From Blasia pusilla (lineage: Eukaryota), in the NCBI GenBank assembly GCA_050084515.1, contig CM114271.1, positions 41,168,001-41,232,000 on the forward strand: a stretch of DNA of 64,000 bases. The letters run 5' to 3'. The translations under genes and the position numbers were made by a program. The notes beneath the pieces are model-generated. The model saw only the letters and a list, made by a program, of their open reading frames with translations, did not search any database and had not been told where the DNA came from. Below are positions 26,301 through 38,222 of this stretch, in pieces; positions within the stretch are counted from its first letter, which is position 1, and each line of letters begins with the position of its first letter.

Positions 26301-27672
26301 AAAGGGACTCGAATGGGTAACCTGATCACGCCCTCCAACCTACGGCACTGTCAACACGCACTTCTCCATGTGACAGGACAACGTCCGCAACACAACACTC
26401 TCCTCGACCAACACGTCAATCCTCCTGCCAACAAATGCGGACAACGCGTCGACATCATGCACACTAATTCTCCGTTGTCAACTCATCGGTGTAGAGGGTC
26501 CATCTTGACCCTAACCATGTAACTCTCGTAACTACGTAAGCAACTCCAACCTGGTAACATGCTCATCACATCCTGAACCCTACCACGTTGCCATCCAACC
26601 ACGTTCGCAAAAAAGGTAGTAAATGCGGGGGGCCTTCTGGTCCGTATTCCTATGGGGTACAAAATGCGCGGGGGAGGGGAGTGAGAGTAAATACGGGAGG
26701 GAGGGGGCCCCGACGCGCATTCCTATGAGGGTGGAAATACGCGGGAGGGTGGGGGCGGGGGGAGGGGGATGTCCGCCCGTTCGCATCCGTCCGTCCGCAC
26801 CCCTCACCCGACGTCGCGCCCGTCCACGCGTCCGCGCCCCTTGTTTGTGGCCCCGCCCGTCCTCCGCGCCCTAACCCTAGCCTTCGTGACCTAACCTAGC
26901 CGCCTTTACTTGACAGCCCCCCAACGGCTGCAAGACCCAAACTTGCCCTTTTCTTCTCTCTCCCGACACCCTCACTTGCGTACACCCAACGCCCCACCAC
27001 ACACTACACTCCGCTACTGTCCCCTGTCAATCCGCACCAGCAAAATCTGAGAAAAACGGACATCGCTTCCGCCCACGGCCTTCCGAACTAAAAAATGACC
27101 AACACACACGTCTCTAGGGGCTCCAGACCAAGGCAACTCGCTTACCTACCTGCAAACAATGAATTCCCACCAGCCCCTTGACATCTTTCTCATGTAAAAA
27201 TAAAGAGTAATAAAAACGGCACACCCGGCCTAAAACTCCACTCCTCAATCTACATCAGCATATCGAGCCTCGTCCATCCTGTGCTATCAAGGAATCCGGA
27301 CCCTAGCACCCTAGTCCTATCTCACACATATAGGAGAGATGCTCCAACGGCCCAACATGAAAAGATGGCTTAGGAAAGCCATCTCCCTCTTATATATAGG
27401 GTTAGGAAGAGCCAAAAGGCTCTTCCCCTAAAAATAGCCATCCTCTTGGTAACCTGCGCGCACAGGTTACCTAGGGCAGGTGACTTGGTCAACAAGTCAC
27501 CCGGCTGTGAAAGACCTCAACATGAAAGTTGTCAGAAACAACATTCTTGACACAATGGACCTATTCTCAATCTCATCCGACACCGTGGGACAAAGTTACA
27601 CTCAAGATTGTCCGCTGGCTCCTACGCCCTATCCACGATAGATCTCGACCTATCGGCTACTTAGATGTGATA
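23362..27672 (-). mobile_element. Ty3/gypsy family B (DNMT-carrying), 5' half: LTR/leader, gag, protease
   Basis: LTR start TATCACATC at 27672 (homologous to TGTCACATC at 53877), TATA box ~27391, GC-rich leader. Gag (DLDDFIHEFDTWCD...LFQHLEG) at 25574-25999. Protease RVLLDLGAQPLMLGK...ESYDVLVG at ~23500-23780. Confidence 0.8.
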
Positions 27673-28148
27673 AATGTGTGCACTCTAAAATATCTTTCTC
27701 AATGTCAAACCAAACCCACTCTCTTAATGAGAGGTTTGGTTACACACACAAGGCAAGCAAGACCATAGTTTTGCCGCCTCATGCGAAAAGGTTCAACAAA
27801 GAGAGAATGAGCTCTCAAACTCTCTCTCCTTGAGGGATAGCCCTCCTCTCCCCCAAGCTCTCGCCATGGTTACCTATGCTCCCAAGTCACCTCCTTGGCT
27901 CTTGACCTAATGTAGGAGCTCAAGGGCCACTTAACAAAAATAGAAAGTCGACCATGTACTCAAAATGGTACTTACCTAAAATAGTAAGTTCCTCAATATG
28001 GCTCCAAATGAGCCGAAACGAAGGGGAAACTTGCTCTCTTAGGTTTCTCGAGTCCTCAACATGCCATCCTTGACCTCATGAGCCTGTCCTCCATTACTTG
28101 AGAAGGCACTCTACTAGATCTCACGGATCTATCCTAAAAGACGTGGCA
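27673..28148 (-). mobile_element. Family D LTR 5' fragment (interrupted by family B)
   Basis: Starts TGCCACGTCTTTTAGG. Homologous to 29727-29200 and 40308-40060/38800-38600 (shared tgtcaaaccaaacccactctc). Confidence 0.7.
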
Positions 28149-28149
28149 A

Positions 28150-29727
28150 GGCTCTACTCCTCAATGTTGGTACGGCTTCACAATTGAGACGGTGCAGTGC
28201 GACCACGAGCGGCACAACGCTCCAATCCACGACGCGTTGCAACTAAGTATATCATGGCACAGTAATCGATTTTCATCGAGTGGCTACCAATCACTATGCA
28301 TGGCCTCAAAACTCTAACCATCAACACCAACCTAGTGGGAACAAGTGGTGGTTTGATAGTTATCAAATAGACGACGGTGGTTGAATGATGATCAATGAAG
28401 ATCAATGGTAATTATGTGATGTCCCACATGGATAACATAGCTCTATTTTAACATTATTCAAAAGTCATTATCTTTCTTTTTAACCACTCCGCTAACCCCT
28501 AAAAGAAAAAGGTCAACTCACTAAAATTATCTCAAATTTGGCTTACACTCCACTAAGTCCCATAAATCTTAGGTCAACACCCACTAAATAATTTTTTCAT
28601 TTAACTATTCTCAAATCACTTTTTTCCTTTTCCTATACACCAAAATAAAATGATTTTTTTCTTTTCTAACCCAACCAAAGGGAGCTAGAAGATTTTAAAA
28701 TTTTCTACCTTCATGTGTTGGCAATGGCAACCCCACGAGAATGACCACAACTTTGAGCTCCAATGTCAAAATTGCACATCATTTCTTTGATAGCGTGCAT
28801 GACTTCTCAATTGACAACAATGTCAAATTAGCTCCTTCATCCAAGATTCCATCTCAAACTGGAAAAAATTGTCATGCAGCCCGCGGCCTTAACTCCTAAG
28901 AAAAATTTGGCAACACTTGAGCGCTAATTTCTTCCACAAAAAATTCAAACTTATGCAACAGCAACATAAATCCAGCAAGCTGCAAGGTGCTCTTGAAAGC
29001 ACCAGTATGGTGAACCCAATCTCCATACTCAATTTCTAAAAAAAAATTGGGTAGCACTTCCATGCGCCACTCTCCCGTATGAAAAATTGAACAACACAAC
29101 ACTCAAATGATTAGCTCTTGCTCCCGTAAACCGTTGAATAGGGAACATGGTCTCCAATTTGCAACAAAAACAAGATACCAGCAAGCTCTTGCATTGTAGA
29201 GTTCTCAATCTCTCATTCTCTCTTTGTAAATTACATACACTCCAAATGTCCCACGATGTGCATACGAGATCCATCTCTCTCTCATGTCAAACCAAACCCA
29301 CTCTCCTAATGAGAGGCTTGGGTTACTCATTAGGCAAAGAGGACCATAGCTCCGTCGCCTCATGCCAAGAGGTTCAACAAAGAGAGAGTGAGCTCTAAAG
29401 CTCTCTCTTCTGAGGTATATCCCCTTCCCTCTCCCAAGCTCTATCCATGATAACCTATGCTCGCACATGACCTCCTTGACTCTTGATCTGCTGAAGGGAA
29501 TCAATGGGCATTTCCCAAAGTGGAAAGTCAACTATATTCCTTACAATAACTTACCCCAAATAATAAGCTTTTCTATATAACTCCAAATGAGCCGAAACGA
29601 AGAGGAAACCTGCTCTCTCAGGTTATTCAAGGCCTCAACAGGTCATCCTCAACCTCTTAAGCTTGTCCTCCAATATCCTCAATAGTGCTTTACAAAAACT
29701 TGTCGATCTATCAAAAGATATGCTACA
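28150..29727 (-). mobile_element. Family D LTR/leader (sister of family B)
   Basis: Starts TGTAGCATATCTTTTGA. Segments are the reverse complement of 33270-33620 and 34250-34380, which lead into B-like gag/protease. Confidence 0.65.
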
Positions 29728-29750
29728 CTAGAGTTGTTCTATCCACTTTC

Positions 29751-30060
29751 TATTGAAGATTAAGTTGCAGTCAAGCTTATGAGACACCTGAACTGCTACA
29801 TTTGGTACTCACACAAAGTAGGGAAGCTTAATCTTGGTTAGTTAATTAAGCACGATTATCTTACTAGGGTTAGTTAATCACAATTAGTCCAACTTGAGAC
29901 TATGGTTAAGGGTAGGATTAGGGTTGATTGTATATATTCTATATAATTGAGAAGAGGACCAGCCTCCACTCATTCTCTCATTGCAGATTTTGTTCTCCAT
30001 GGGGTGTGTGTGTAAGAGAACCGTTTCCGAGCAGTTATGCTTGTTTAGCAGTTTTCCACA
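29751..30060 (+). mobile_element. Ty1/copia 5' LTR (partner of 18627-18938, now inverted)
   Basis: TATTGAAG...TTTTCCACA, followed directly by the PBS. Preceded by CTTTC, the reverse complement of the GAAAG TSD. Confidence 0.9.
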
Positions 30061-30072
30061 TGGTATCATAGC
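30061..30072 (+). promoter_or_regulatory. Primer-binding site, tRNA-iMet type
   Basis: TGGTATCATAGC, one mismatch to the canonical TGGTATCAGAGC, immediately after the LTR. Confidence 0.85.
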
Positions 30073-30642
30073 GGGGGGAGAACATCACTTGAAATTCTTG
30101 GTGTTTGAAGAGAGAAGATAGGCAAGAGAAGGAAAAATTTCAGTTTGGAAGAAGGAAATTTTATTTAGAGCTCAGTGGGTGCAGATTTCAGGTAGAGCTT
30201 TGACGGTGATAAAACTTTGGAGGTATTTTTTAGGGCTTTCCCATTCGAATCAACCGTCTGGGTCCGCTTCAGCTAGAATGATGCTAATGGCGCGTTCTTG
30301 CCCTATTGTGGAACTCCTTGAGGGCTTTGGCAGCTTTCACAGGTAGTGTTAGCTAGCCATGAGAGTTGTTGGAGGGGAACGCACATGCAAAGGATGTCCC
30401 GATAGCGGATAGTCCCATGGAGAGACAGGCCATTGTGGGAGTCTCTTCCCATGTTGGCGAGACCTCTTCACCATTGTGGTGTACGACTCGAGAGCTACAC
30501 AAGAGTGCCGACGACCTCGTGAGGCAGGCGTGGAGTCATGCCTTTATCTTGGAGCAGCGAGAGTCAAGTGGCGATCGGGCTCCTGGAGTGGAGACGTTGA
30601 CTTAATTGGATACCACACCCATTGTGTGGCAGTGTCCAGAGG

Positions 30643-31560
30643 AGGGTGTTAGATCTCTTCAGAGGGATTAGCACCGGATTGGCTGTAGTATTGCAGGCGG
30701 CCATACGGGTGCATTAATACCTTTATGTGGAGAGAGATGAGACCGCGCGACGAGTATCATTACGTCACGTAGCGAGATTGGTCTAGAGGTATCCTGAGTT
30801 TTTGCCGGTATCTGCAGTACGGGGATATCAACATACACTACCCGCCGACATCTCGCTGATGGGGGCGCAGGATCTCGATAGAGTTGGCACCATTCATTTG
30901 GTGATTGTTGGATGGCCATTCTAGGGTCATTCATCAGCTGGCGGAGGATTTGGATTGCAGGATCCGAGGTTAGGGATATTTTGGGAGATGCTGCGAGTAG
31001 TACAACACTTGCAAGAGAGTCAGACATGTTCTCCAGCGTACATTTTGGAGAACGTGTCGTTGTTGGGAGACACTTGTGCACGTGTTATGACGAGTGTGCA
31101 TCATATGAGATCTTGGTTGGGACCTGTTGTGTTGCTAGATGCAGCGAGAGTTACGTGCCCATCGTCCACGATTGTGGTGGACGAACGTGATACCATCAGA
31201 GGTACTGAGTCGAGCATACTATGGAGTCTAGAGAGCACCACATCTCACAGTGGATGCTATTTTGGGCTCAAGGCGTCGATCTCAGGTGGTGACGCGTTAT
31301 GATAGACCACTGTTGGCGATGGCCAATAGGGTGGGGGAGTTGAGGGCAGCCTTACCTACATTGGTGAGCTTCCAAGCATCCCATGCCTTTCATGATTTGG
31401 GATGAGGTGACCGGAGCATTGGAGGAGCCTAGAGCAGATGAGCGCGAGCACGCCATGGGGTTCGCTACCGGTACTACGACGGTGCCAGGGATGACTCAGG
31501 CATCCTGGAGACAGGTGTTGAGGGAGGCGATGGACCTCAACTGTCTTACATGGATAGTCA
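30643..31560 (+). pseudogene. Retrotransposon-encoded cytosine-5 DNA methyltransferase domain (DNMT3-like motif order)
   Basis: Motifs in linear order: I RVLDLFRGIS; II YLYVERD; III LPADI; IV HLVIVGWPF*GHSSAG; V GLQDPRLGIFWE; VI YILENV; VII LLDAARV; VIII AHRPRLWWTN; IX EREHAMGF; X WRQVLREAMD. Interrupted by stops and two frameshifts. Confidence 0.9.
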
Positions 31561-31869
31561 GCCTAAGTATGGCTGAGTAGAGACAGATGCGAGTGTCATC
31601 CATGCTGTCACGTCCATGAGTTGGACCATTTCCTACAGGGTTTGTACAGGCATTGGCTGGGGGCGAGACGAGGAGAGATAGGCACCCATGGACTTCCTGG
31701 AGCATCGTTCGAGCGGAGAGTGCAAAGGCGGCCAGAGTAGCACATGTTCATTTTTTGGATGTGGAGCATGGTGTAGGAGGTCAGAGTGGAGTGGCTGTTG
31801 CAGAGGTGGCTAGGGTTGCTACATAGCAACCAAAGCCGGAGATTGCGTCTTCTCCGAATGAGGTCACGA

Positions 31870-32820
31870 TGGAGACTTGGGAGCCTGTGATAGATCTCAA
31901 GTTGATAGGAGGAGACTGACGTCGAGTTCATAGGTTTTTGAGAGGGCATGTCAGTTGTTTTGCCTTTAGTATGAGAGACTTGGGTATGTTGAAGAGTCCC
32001 GGGATACGGATTGAGTTGACTAGTGATACGCCGATCTTTTGTCGACCCTACAGGTATTCGGATATGGAGCGAGCCTTGATTCAGAGCAGGAGTCAAGACT
32101 TGTTGGAGGCTAGGCTTGTGGAGTTATCACATGGGGAGTATGCATCTGCCACAGTCATGCCGGCGAAGAAGGATATGTACGGCAATTGGACGGATATGCG
32201 GATGTGTGGAGATTACCGTCCTATCAATTGATAGACGAGGTCAGATCGGTAGGCCATGCCTACTCCTGAGGAGATCTTTGATGCGGTAGGACATGCAAAG
32301 ATCTTCAGTACTTTAGATCTCCATGATGGCTATCATCAACTTCCTATCAGTTTGGAGGATATGGAGAAGACAACATTCTGGGGGATAGATCGGTTTGGGA
32401 GAGATTGCTTGTATCAGTGGCACTTCTTACCATTTGGGTTGAAGAATGCATGCAGAGTTTCAGAGAGTGATGGATAGGATTCTCGTTGGCTTGGATTTTG
32501 TACGATGTTACATAGATGATATTCCTAGCTTTAGTTCCACGGTTGAGGAGCATGAGCGACACTTGGAGGAGGTGTTTCGGCGATTGCAGTTACATGGACT
32601 GAAGTTACATCCAGGCAAGTGCAGATTGAGTACTTGGGACACATCATATACCCGAGTGGATTAGGCGTTCAGCAGACGAAGGTAGAGGCTATTGCGCAGA
32701 TTACATGCCCTATAGATGTGAGTCGAGTCCAAGCATTTCTTGGACTGACAAACTTCTATTGACGGTATGTCAAGGGTTTTAGTGCGATCGCAAAGTCTTT
32801 GAACTTGATCGCAAAGTCTT
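31870..32820 (+). pseudogene. Ty3/gypsy reverse transcriptase of the DNMT-carrying element
   Basis: PIFCRPYRYS...VMPAKKD..GNW..RMCGDYRPIN...FSTLDLHDGYHQ...LPFGLKNA...FQRVMD...CYIDDI...HGLKLHPGKC...EYLGH...AFLGLTNFY. Confidence 0.93.
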
Positions 32821-32841
32821 TGATGAGGCGAGTCTGTGACC

Positions 32842-33060
32842 AACGTGGTCAGAGACTCGCCTCGTGATCGACCACCTCTTCCTACAAACTGCACGGGTAA
32901 TTGACTCATCCGCCCGTCACCTGACCGCCACCATGGCTGATAAGCAACGATCTCCTCGTAGAAGTCAAGGATAAATCCTAGGGGATATAACACTGTACTT
33001 CCCACCAACACATCATACGACTCAACTGGTATCGTAATCGCACGTGTGCGCACCACAGTT
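32842..33060 (-). pseudogene. Inverted family B/D protease C-terminal fragment
   Basis: ESYDVLVGSTVLYPLGFILDFYEE...WRSGDGRMSQLPVQFV. Diverged paralog of 23362-23580. Confidence 0.85.
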
Positions 33061-36000
33061 GTGTGATGGTGGAGTTTTAGGAGTTTTGTGCGCAACAGGG
33101 AGTTATGTGATCTCCATATACATGTGTGAGTTGATTTTTGTACATGTGTGGATCAATCCATCTGGGGGGAAGATTGGTGTTGTGTGGTGTAGATGTGACC
33201 AGCGATGTATTTTGTGTAGCGATATGCATGCGCACGACACATTTGAGAGCTATGGTGTTGAGAGAGATTGGATCTTGATTTACAAAGAGAGAATGAGATG
33301 AGTGAGACAGCTTCATGGGGGAGCTCGTTGGTCACTCGCTGGTTTTGCAGGTTAGGGATCGTTTTCCCCGTTTAGCGGTTCATGGGACTACTCACATGAG
33401 CTAGAGCCGCTCATTTTTTCTGTTTTTTTGCCAATTTTTCGTGTGGAAGAGTGGCGCGCGGAAGCGTTGCCCAATTTTTGATAGGGACAGAGTATGGGGG
33501 AAATTTCCCCATGCCAGTGCTCTTGGGAGCATCATGTAGCTTGCTGATTTTTATTTTCATAGGTTTTACATTTTCATTGGGAGAAATCAGCGCAGAAGCG
33601 CTGCCAAATTTATGTAAGAGAAAGATACGTTGGGCTTTACAACAATCCCCGTAAGTTTTTAGTGGAATGTTAGATTCAAAATATTTTTTGATGTCATCCT
33701 AAATCGTGAAGCAGTGCACGCTGTGTAATAGATGGTGCATAATTTGAAGCTGCAAGCAAAAGTTTAGGGTCAATCTTGCAAAATTGCCATTGGAAGGCGA
33801 TTTTTAAGGTTAAATTTTCAAACCCCAAACCAGCCGCTGCGCCTGCGGCGGTCGTCGCCATCATAGTCACCATCAACAATCCATCATTGATGGTCAACTA
33901 TCACCATTGACGGTCAATAGTCATTGTCAATGGTCAACCACCATCGTCAACGGTCAACCATCACCGTCAATAGTCCACTGTCCCCTTCAACGGTGCACCG
34001 TGGGCCGCCGCCGCCGCCTAACGCTTGCTCAGAGCTTCGTTCCGCCGTTGCCCATCCTTGGTTGCCATTGCCTCCATTACGAAGTGGAGGGTCTTCCACG
34101 ACGACCGTTGATTCTCTGACTTACGCTGCTACCACCTACTTTGTTTTGGCCGCCATCGTCATCGCAGTTTCGTCATCAACCAGTGATGGCAGGTAACCTC
34201 GGGTTATGGTGTTTGAGTTTTCATTTCATGATGCTATGTTGTGATTGGTAGCTGCTCAACGACGATCGAGTACCATGTCATGACGTCCGTAGCCGCAACG
34301 CATTGCCGATTTCCGAGCCGTGCCGCTCGTGGCTGTACCGCACCGTCTCGATTGCGGAGGCGCTCCTTCACTAAGGGGCAGAGCGTGTGAATTGTTGATT
34401 GAGGAGGGTATGCCGCAGAGTGCTACACCCCATTCCCAAGTGTCGTGCTATTCCGTGCCACCAGTGCCGCATCAGACCGCTAGACTTGCACCGTACATCG
34501 AGGAGGTTTGAGTAGCGTCAATACGAGAGGAGTATGACTTTCTGATTGGAGGAGTTGTCTTCACGACCGAGTTGGGGTCGAGATTTGCAGTTTCCAAGGA
34601 GCGACATCAACATTATTATCAGGTTACCCATTCTGGTCTCTTACCCTACATATGTGAGGGATTTCCAAGTATTGGGAAGTTATTTGGGATATTGGGTTTC
34701 GTGTTGATGCTGAGAGCATTGATGATGTATGGGTTTAGGGGACATAGACCTGTGTGGGATGTCCAGAGTTGAGGATGGTTTATTGATGAGGCGATAGATC
34801 AGTTGATTTGCCGCACCACGTTGCTTGTTGCCGTACAACACACGTCTCAATGAGAGAGTGTAGATTGAGTGCCGCATGTTTAGTTTGAGTGATTGAGGGA
34901 TTACTCGTGAGATTGAGAGTGATCGTGTGAGAGGGGCACAAGGGCCATCACGATGTCCTTTCGGGATTTTGAGAGGCGAGATAGTGGACCTGAGAGTAGC
35001 TTTGGAGGATTTACCCGGAGTGGTGCGAGGTTTCGAGGGTCTCCACATGAGAGACCACCTCGATCTCCTTCTATGTCGTCTTCAAATGAGGGGAAGCGTG
35101 TAGAGGAGTGTGTTAGTGATCCACGACTTCTAGAGGCGCCCGGGTGAGAGTTTGCGTGAGGCTTACACTCGCTTGCACCAGTTTATCAATGTCACTCAAG
35201 GGGTGACAGAGGCTCAGGCTATCCAGGCATGGTACACGATGCTGGACCGGATCGTGCGGACATGGGTGCGAGAGGGGTGCTTCTTATGAACAGATCTCTA
35301 CGTTAAGAGATGTTTTTAGGACCGCCGAGAACATTGAGCGCAACATGGCGGAGGAGGGTGTAGCCATCATGGATTCTGGGCGAGAGCACTCACGATTGTC
35401 TACACCACCAGTGCAACAACGTGGACTCCGAGATAGGTCGACTGTGGTACCACGAGCTCAAGGAGGATACCGGGAGGCCGTACCACAGAGACGTACACCT
35501 TCATATGCGGCTTAGCAACAGCCACCTACGATTACTTGTTGGTCATGTGGTGGAGCACATTAATAGCGTGATTGCACGCGTGAAGATCATGGACGTGTGC
35601 CTCAACATGGAGGAGGAGATGGTGTTGCACCAGGAGGTTATCAATGTGATTATTGTCAGAGATATGGTCACACACATGCCACGAGTTTTAGTTTACACCC
35701 TGAGTTACGTGCAGACCAAGGGCCAGAGAGAGCACTAAAGCAGGTAGCCAGTCCGGGTGGGCTAGAGATCGTGCACCTGGTGGTCCCGTCCCGTTGGGGA
35801 ACGAGGAGCTAGAGTTGTCCAACAAGGTGATGGAGCTGCCCATGGAGGAGGTAGAGTCCCACCACCTAGATGCGTCGAGGGAGATGCCAGGCATGAGGCT
35901 GGGATGGCTACTCAATACAACAGCTACATCAGCATATTGCTGCTATGGCATTGAGGTTACCCAATGCCGGATCTGTGGCATGGTCATCATATGGAGCAGC

Positions 36001-36960
36001 CAGAGATATGGAGGATCCTGGTTGGATGTGCAGGGTTGCCCAGATGAAGGCCGCCGCAGTTGTGACGCATGGAGCAGCTGCAGAGTTGGATCCAAAGCGA
36101 GGGGAAGCCAAGAAATAGACCAAGTTGCCTCAGTCTTTCACGTTGTCTGAGGCAATGAGGATCCCATTGATGGCTCTTGATCAGAGTTCCCGGAGAGTTG
36201 GTGATGTTATTGGTGTGTAGGCATGGAGGAAAATGGGAGAAACAAGTATGACGATTCCTATTGTTGATGCTCAAGAGGAGCATGTGTCAAGTACAATGTT
36301 GGGGGCGGCCACAATGATGTATTGCACTCCGATATTTTCTGCTTCCGATGTTGTGACATTGTGAGGTACGCCGAGTGAGGTGTACCAGCTGACCACTATG
36401 TTATGTGAGCGTGAAGTTGGAGTTTGTGCATCACGTTCAGAGGTGATTGTAGAGGAGGTGATGGACCTGCCCTTGGAGTTGATTCTCGGGTCGTCCAGCT
36501 CAGAGTCATGGCAGGTTGCGGCTGCTAGGATGGTGGAGATGCTCGCAAGATCCGCGATAGAGCGTGCCATGGCTTCTCCTAGTGTTGTGTTGCTCGATAA
36601 GGGAGGAGAGGTCTTCCAATTGGTGAGTGTCAGAGGTAGAGCTTTTAGTCCGCAACGCGTCTTGTTGGATTTAGGAGCGCAACACCTGATGTTGGGGAAA
36701 GCGTCATTTAGAGGATTGGGCTTAACGAGAGCCGATGTGGAGTGTTATCCATTCCGGATACATACATCCTTTGGTGGAGCGAGTACCACACAGTATATCA
36801 TCCGACAAGAGGTTGTGGTGAGGATTCATCCGAGACATCCTACAGATGAGTCCGTGGTGCGAGCCAAGGCGATAGTGATTGATGCAGAGTCCTACGACAT
36901 CTTGGTTGGTGGAGTAGTGTTATACCCGATGGGATTTTCCCTAGATTACTGGGAGTCAGC
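33060..36960 (+). mobile_element. Family D element: LTR/leader, gag with zinc knuckles, protease
   Basis: YQCDYCQRYGH zinc-knuckle-like motif. ORF 36380-37027 contains RVLLDLGAQHLMLGK...AESYDILVGGVVLYPMGFSLDYWE. Confidence 0.8.
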
Positions 36961-38222
36961 GTTTCTTCGAGTAAGGGCTAACCTTCTAGCTATAGCAGAC
37001 GTGGTTGATTCAAGTCGAACTTTATAAGAATTTCTCCTTTTTTAGTACAAAATTGTTATGTAAACCCTCTATTCTCTCACAATAAGAATCACGAAAGGTA
37101 GTGTCAAGGCGATCACTTCTTCAAAACATGGAACCCCAAAATTCCTAACTATGAAATCCTTGTAAACTACTTTACGTTTGCACACAAGGAAAATACCACA
37201 ACTAGTGTTAAACCCTACTTGAGCAGGCCTATTGACGTCCATGGATAGTTATATAAGGACATACAAAGTGCAATCCCATGTCCTTCCGTACGTGACTATA
37301 GGAAGAATCACCGGAGTTGGAGATTGCATGACTTGGTTCATGAACGCGTCCCGAAAGTGATAAACTAGATAGCGAGTGATCCAGTGCCTATCTATAAAGA
37401 GAATCTTGACGTCGTACGGGTTAAGGAAAGGAAAATCCGGCATAACTCGTGCTTCATCCCTATCCATACTTGACAAACATCCTTTACTCTCCTCTAGAAT
37501 GGGATTTGGCGGAGTTGCTCTCCCAAGATGGGTAATCCACTCTCATTGAGAAAATAATAAGCCAAACCATCATCTATTTCTAGTATGACTAAATTGATTT
37601 AAGGTGACAAGTCTCTCATCTCCACACATACCACACTCTAGAAATCTCTCGAAAAATAGACGAAGGTCAAGCTACTCTCCCAAGAAGGGATAATCCACTC
37701 TTATTAGAAGAGCAAGCAATCCCAAAGCCATACACTCAAGAGTGACATGAGAGACTCAAGATGTGAAGTAGAAGGCGATGAACCCTTGAAGGTCCCTCCT
37801 CTTTATATACTCACAAGGGATCCACAAGAGTACGAAATAAAGCTAATCTTATCTTGTGCCACATGGCTTCCTCTCAAGGCTTAGCCAATCATATTTTGAC
37901 ACAAGTAGATTTCCTCTTATCTCTTCCAAAATATCCTTTTTTATCCACTTGATATTTTCCAAATTACCTCAACTACCCTAACTACCAACCAAGACTTCTT
38001 TTGCTTTTCATTGAACCACCAACCTCACTACTTTACTTTTATAAAGTAATCTTTTTTTATTACCTCTTTTCGGAAAGTTGGGCCCGCATAAAAGAGGCAC
38101 CACAAAGAGGTTTAAACATGGGAATTTCCTTTTCATAAGCTAATTTACTTAATACTTATAAAACTCTGTCTAATACTTAATGAGGAAGGAGTTTACACAC
38201 TGGATGATTTTATTATACGACA
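36961..38222 (-). mobile_element. Family C LTR (~1.26 kb)
   Basis: Colinear homology with 55029-56140, 62164-63440 and 51695-53088. Plus-strand end ...TTATACGACA; the other terminus is truncated. Confidence 0.88.

Noticed and set aside
26869-26881. Telomere-like ccctaaccctag (also ~18764)
   Set aside because: Only two units, inside LTR/leader sequence; not an interstitial telomere array.
30643-31560. Host DNMT3/DRM gene
   Set aside because: Intronless, no regulatory domains, non-permuted motifs (unlike DRM), embedded between retroviral PR and RT, and multicopy.
22741-32846. Dedicated site-specific invertase (shufflon-like) system at the AACGT junctions
   Set aside because: No recombinase ORF was seen and shared sequence does not extend beyond 5-9 bp. 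Repair or integrase scars are a simpler explanation.
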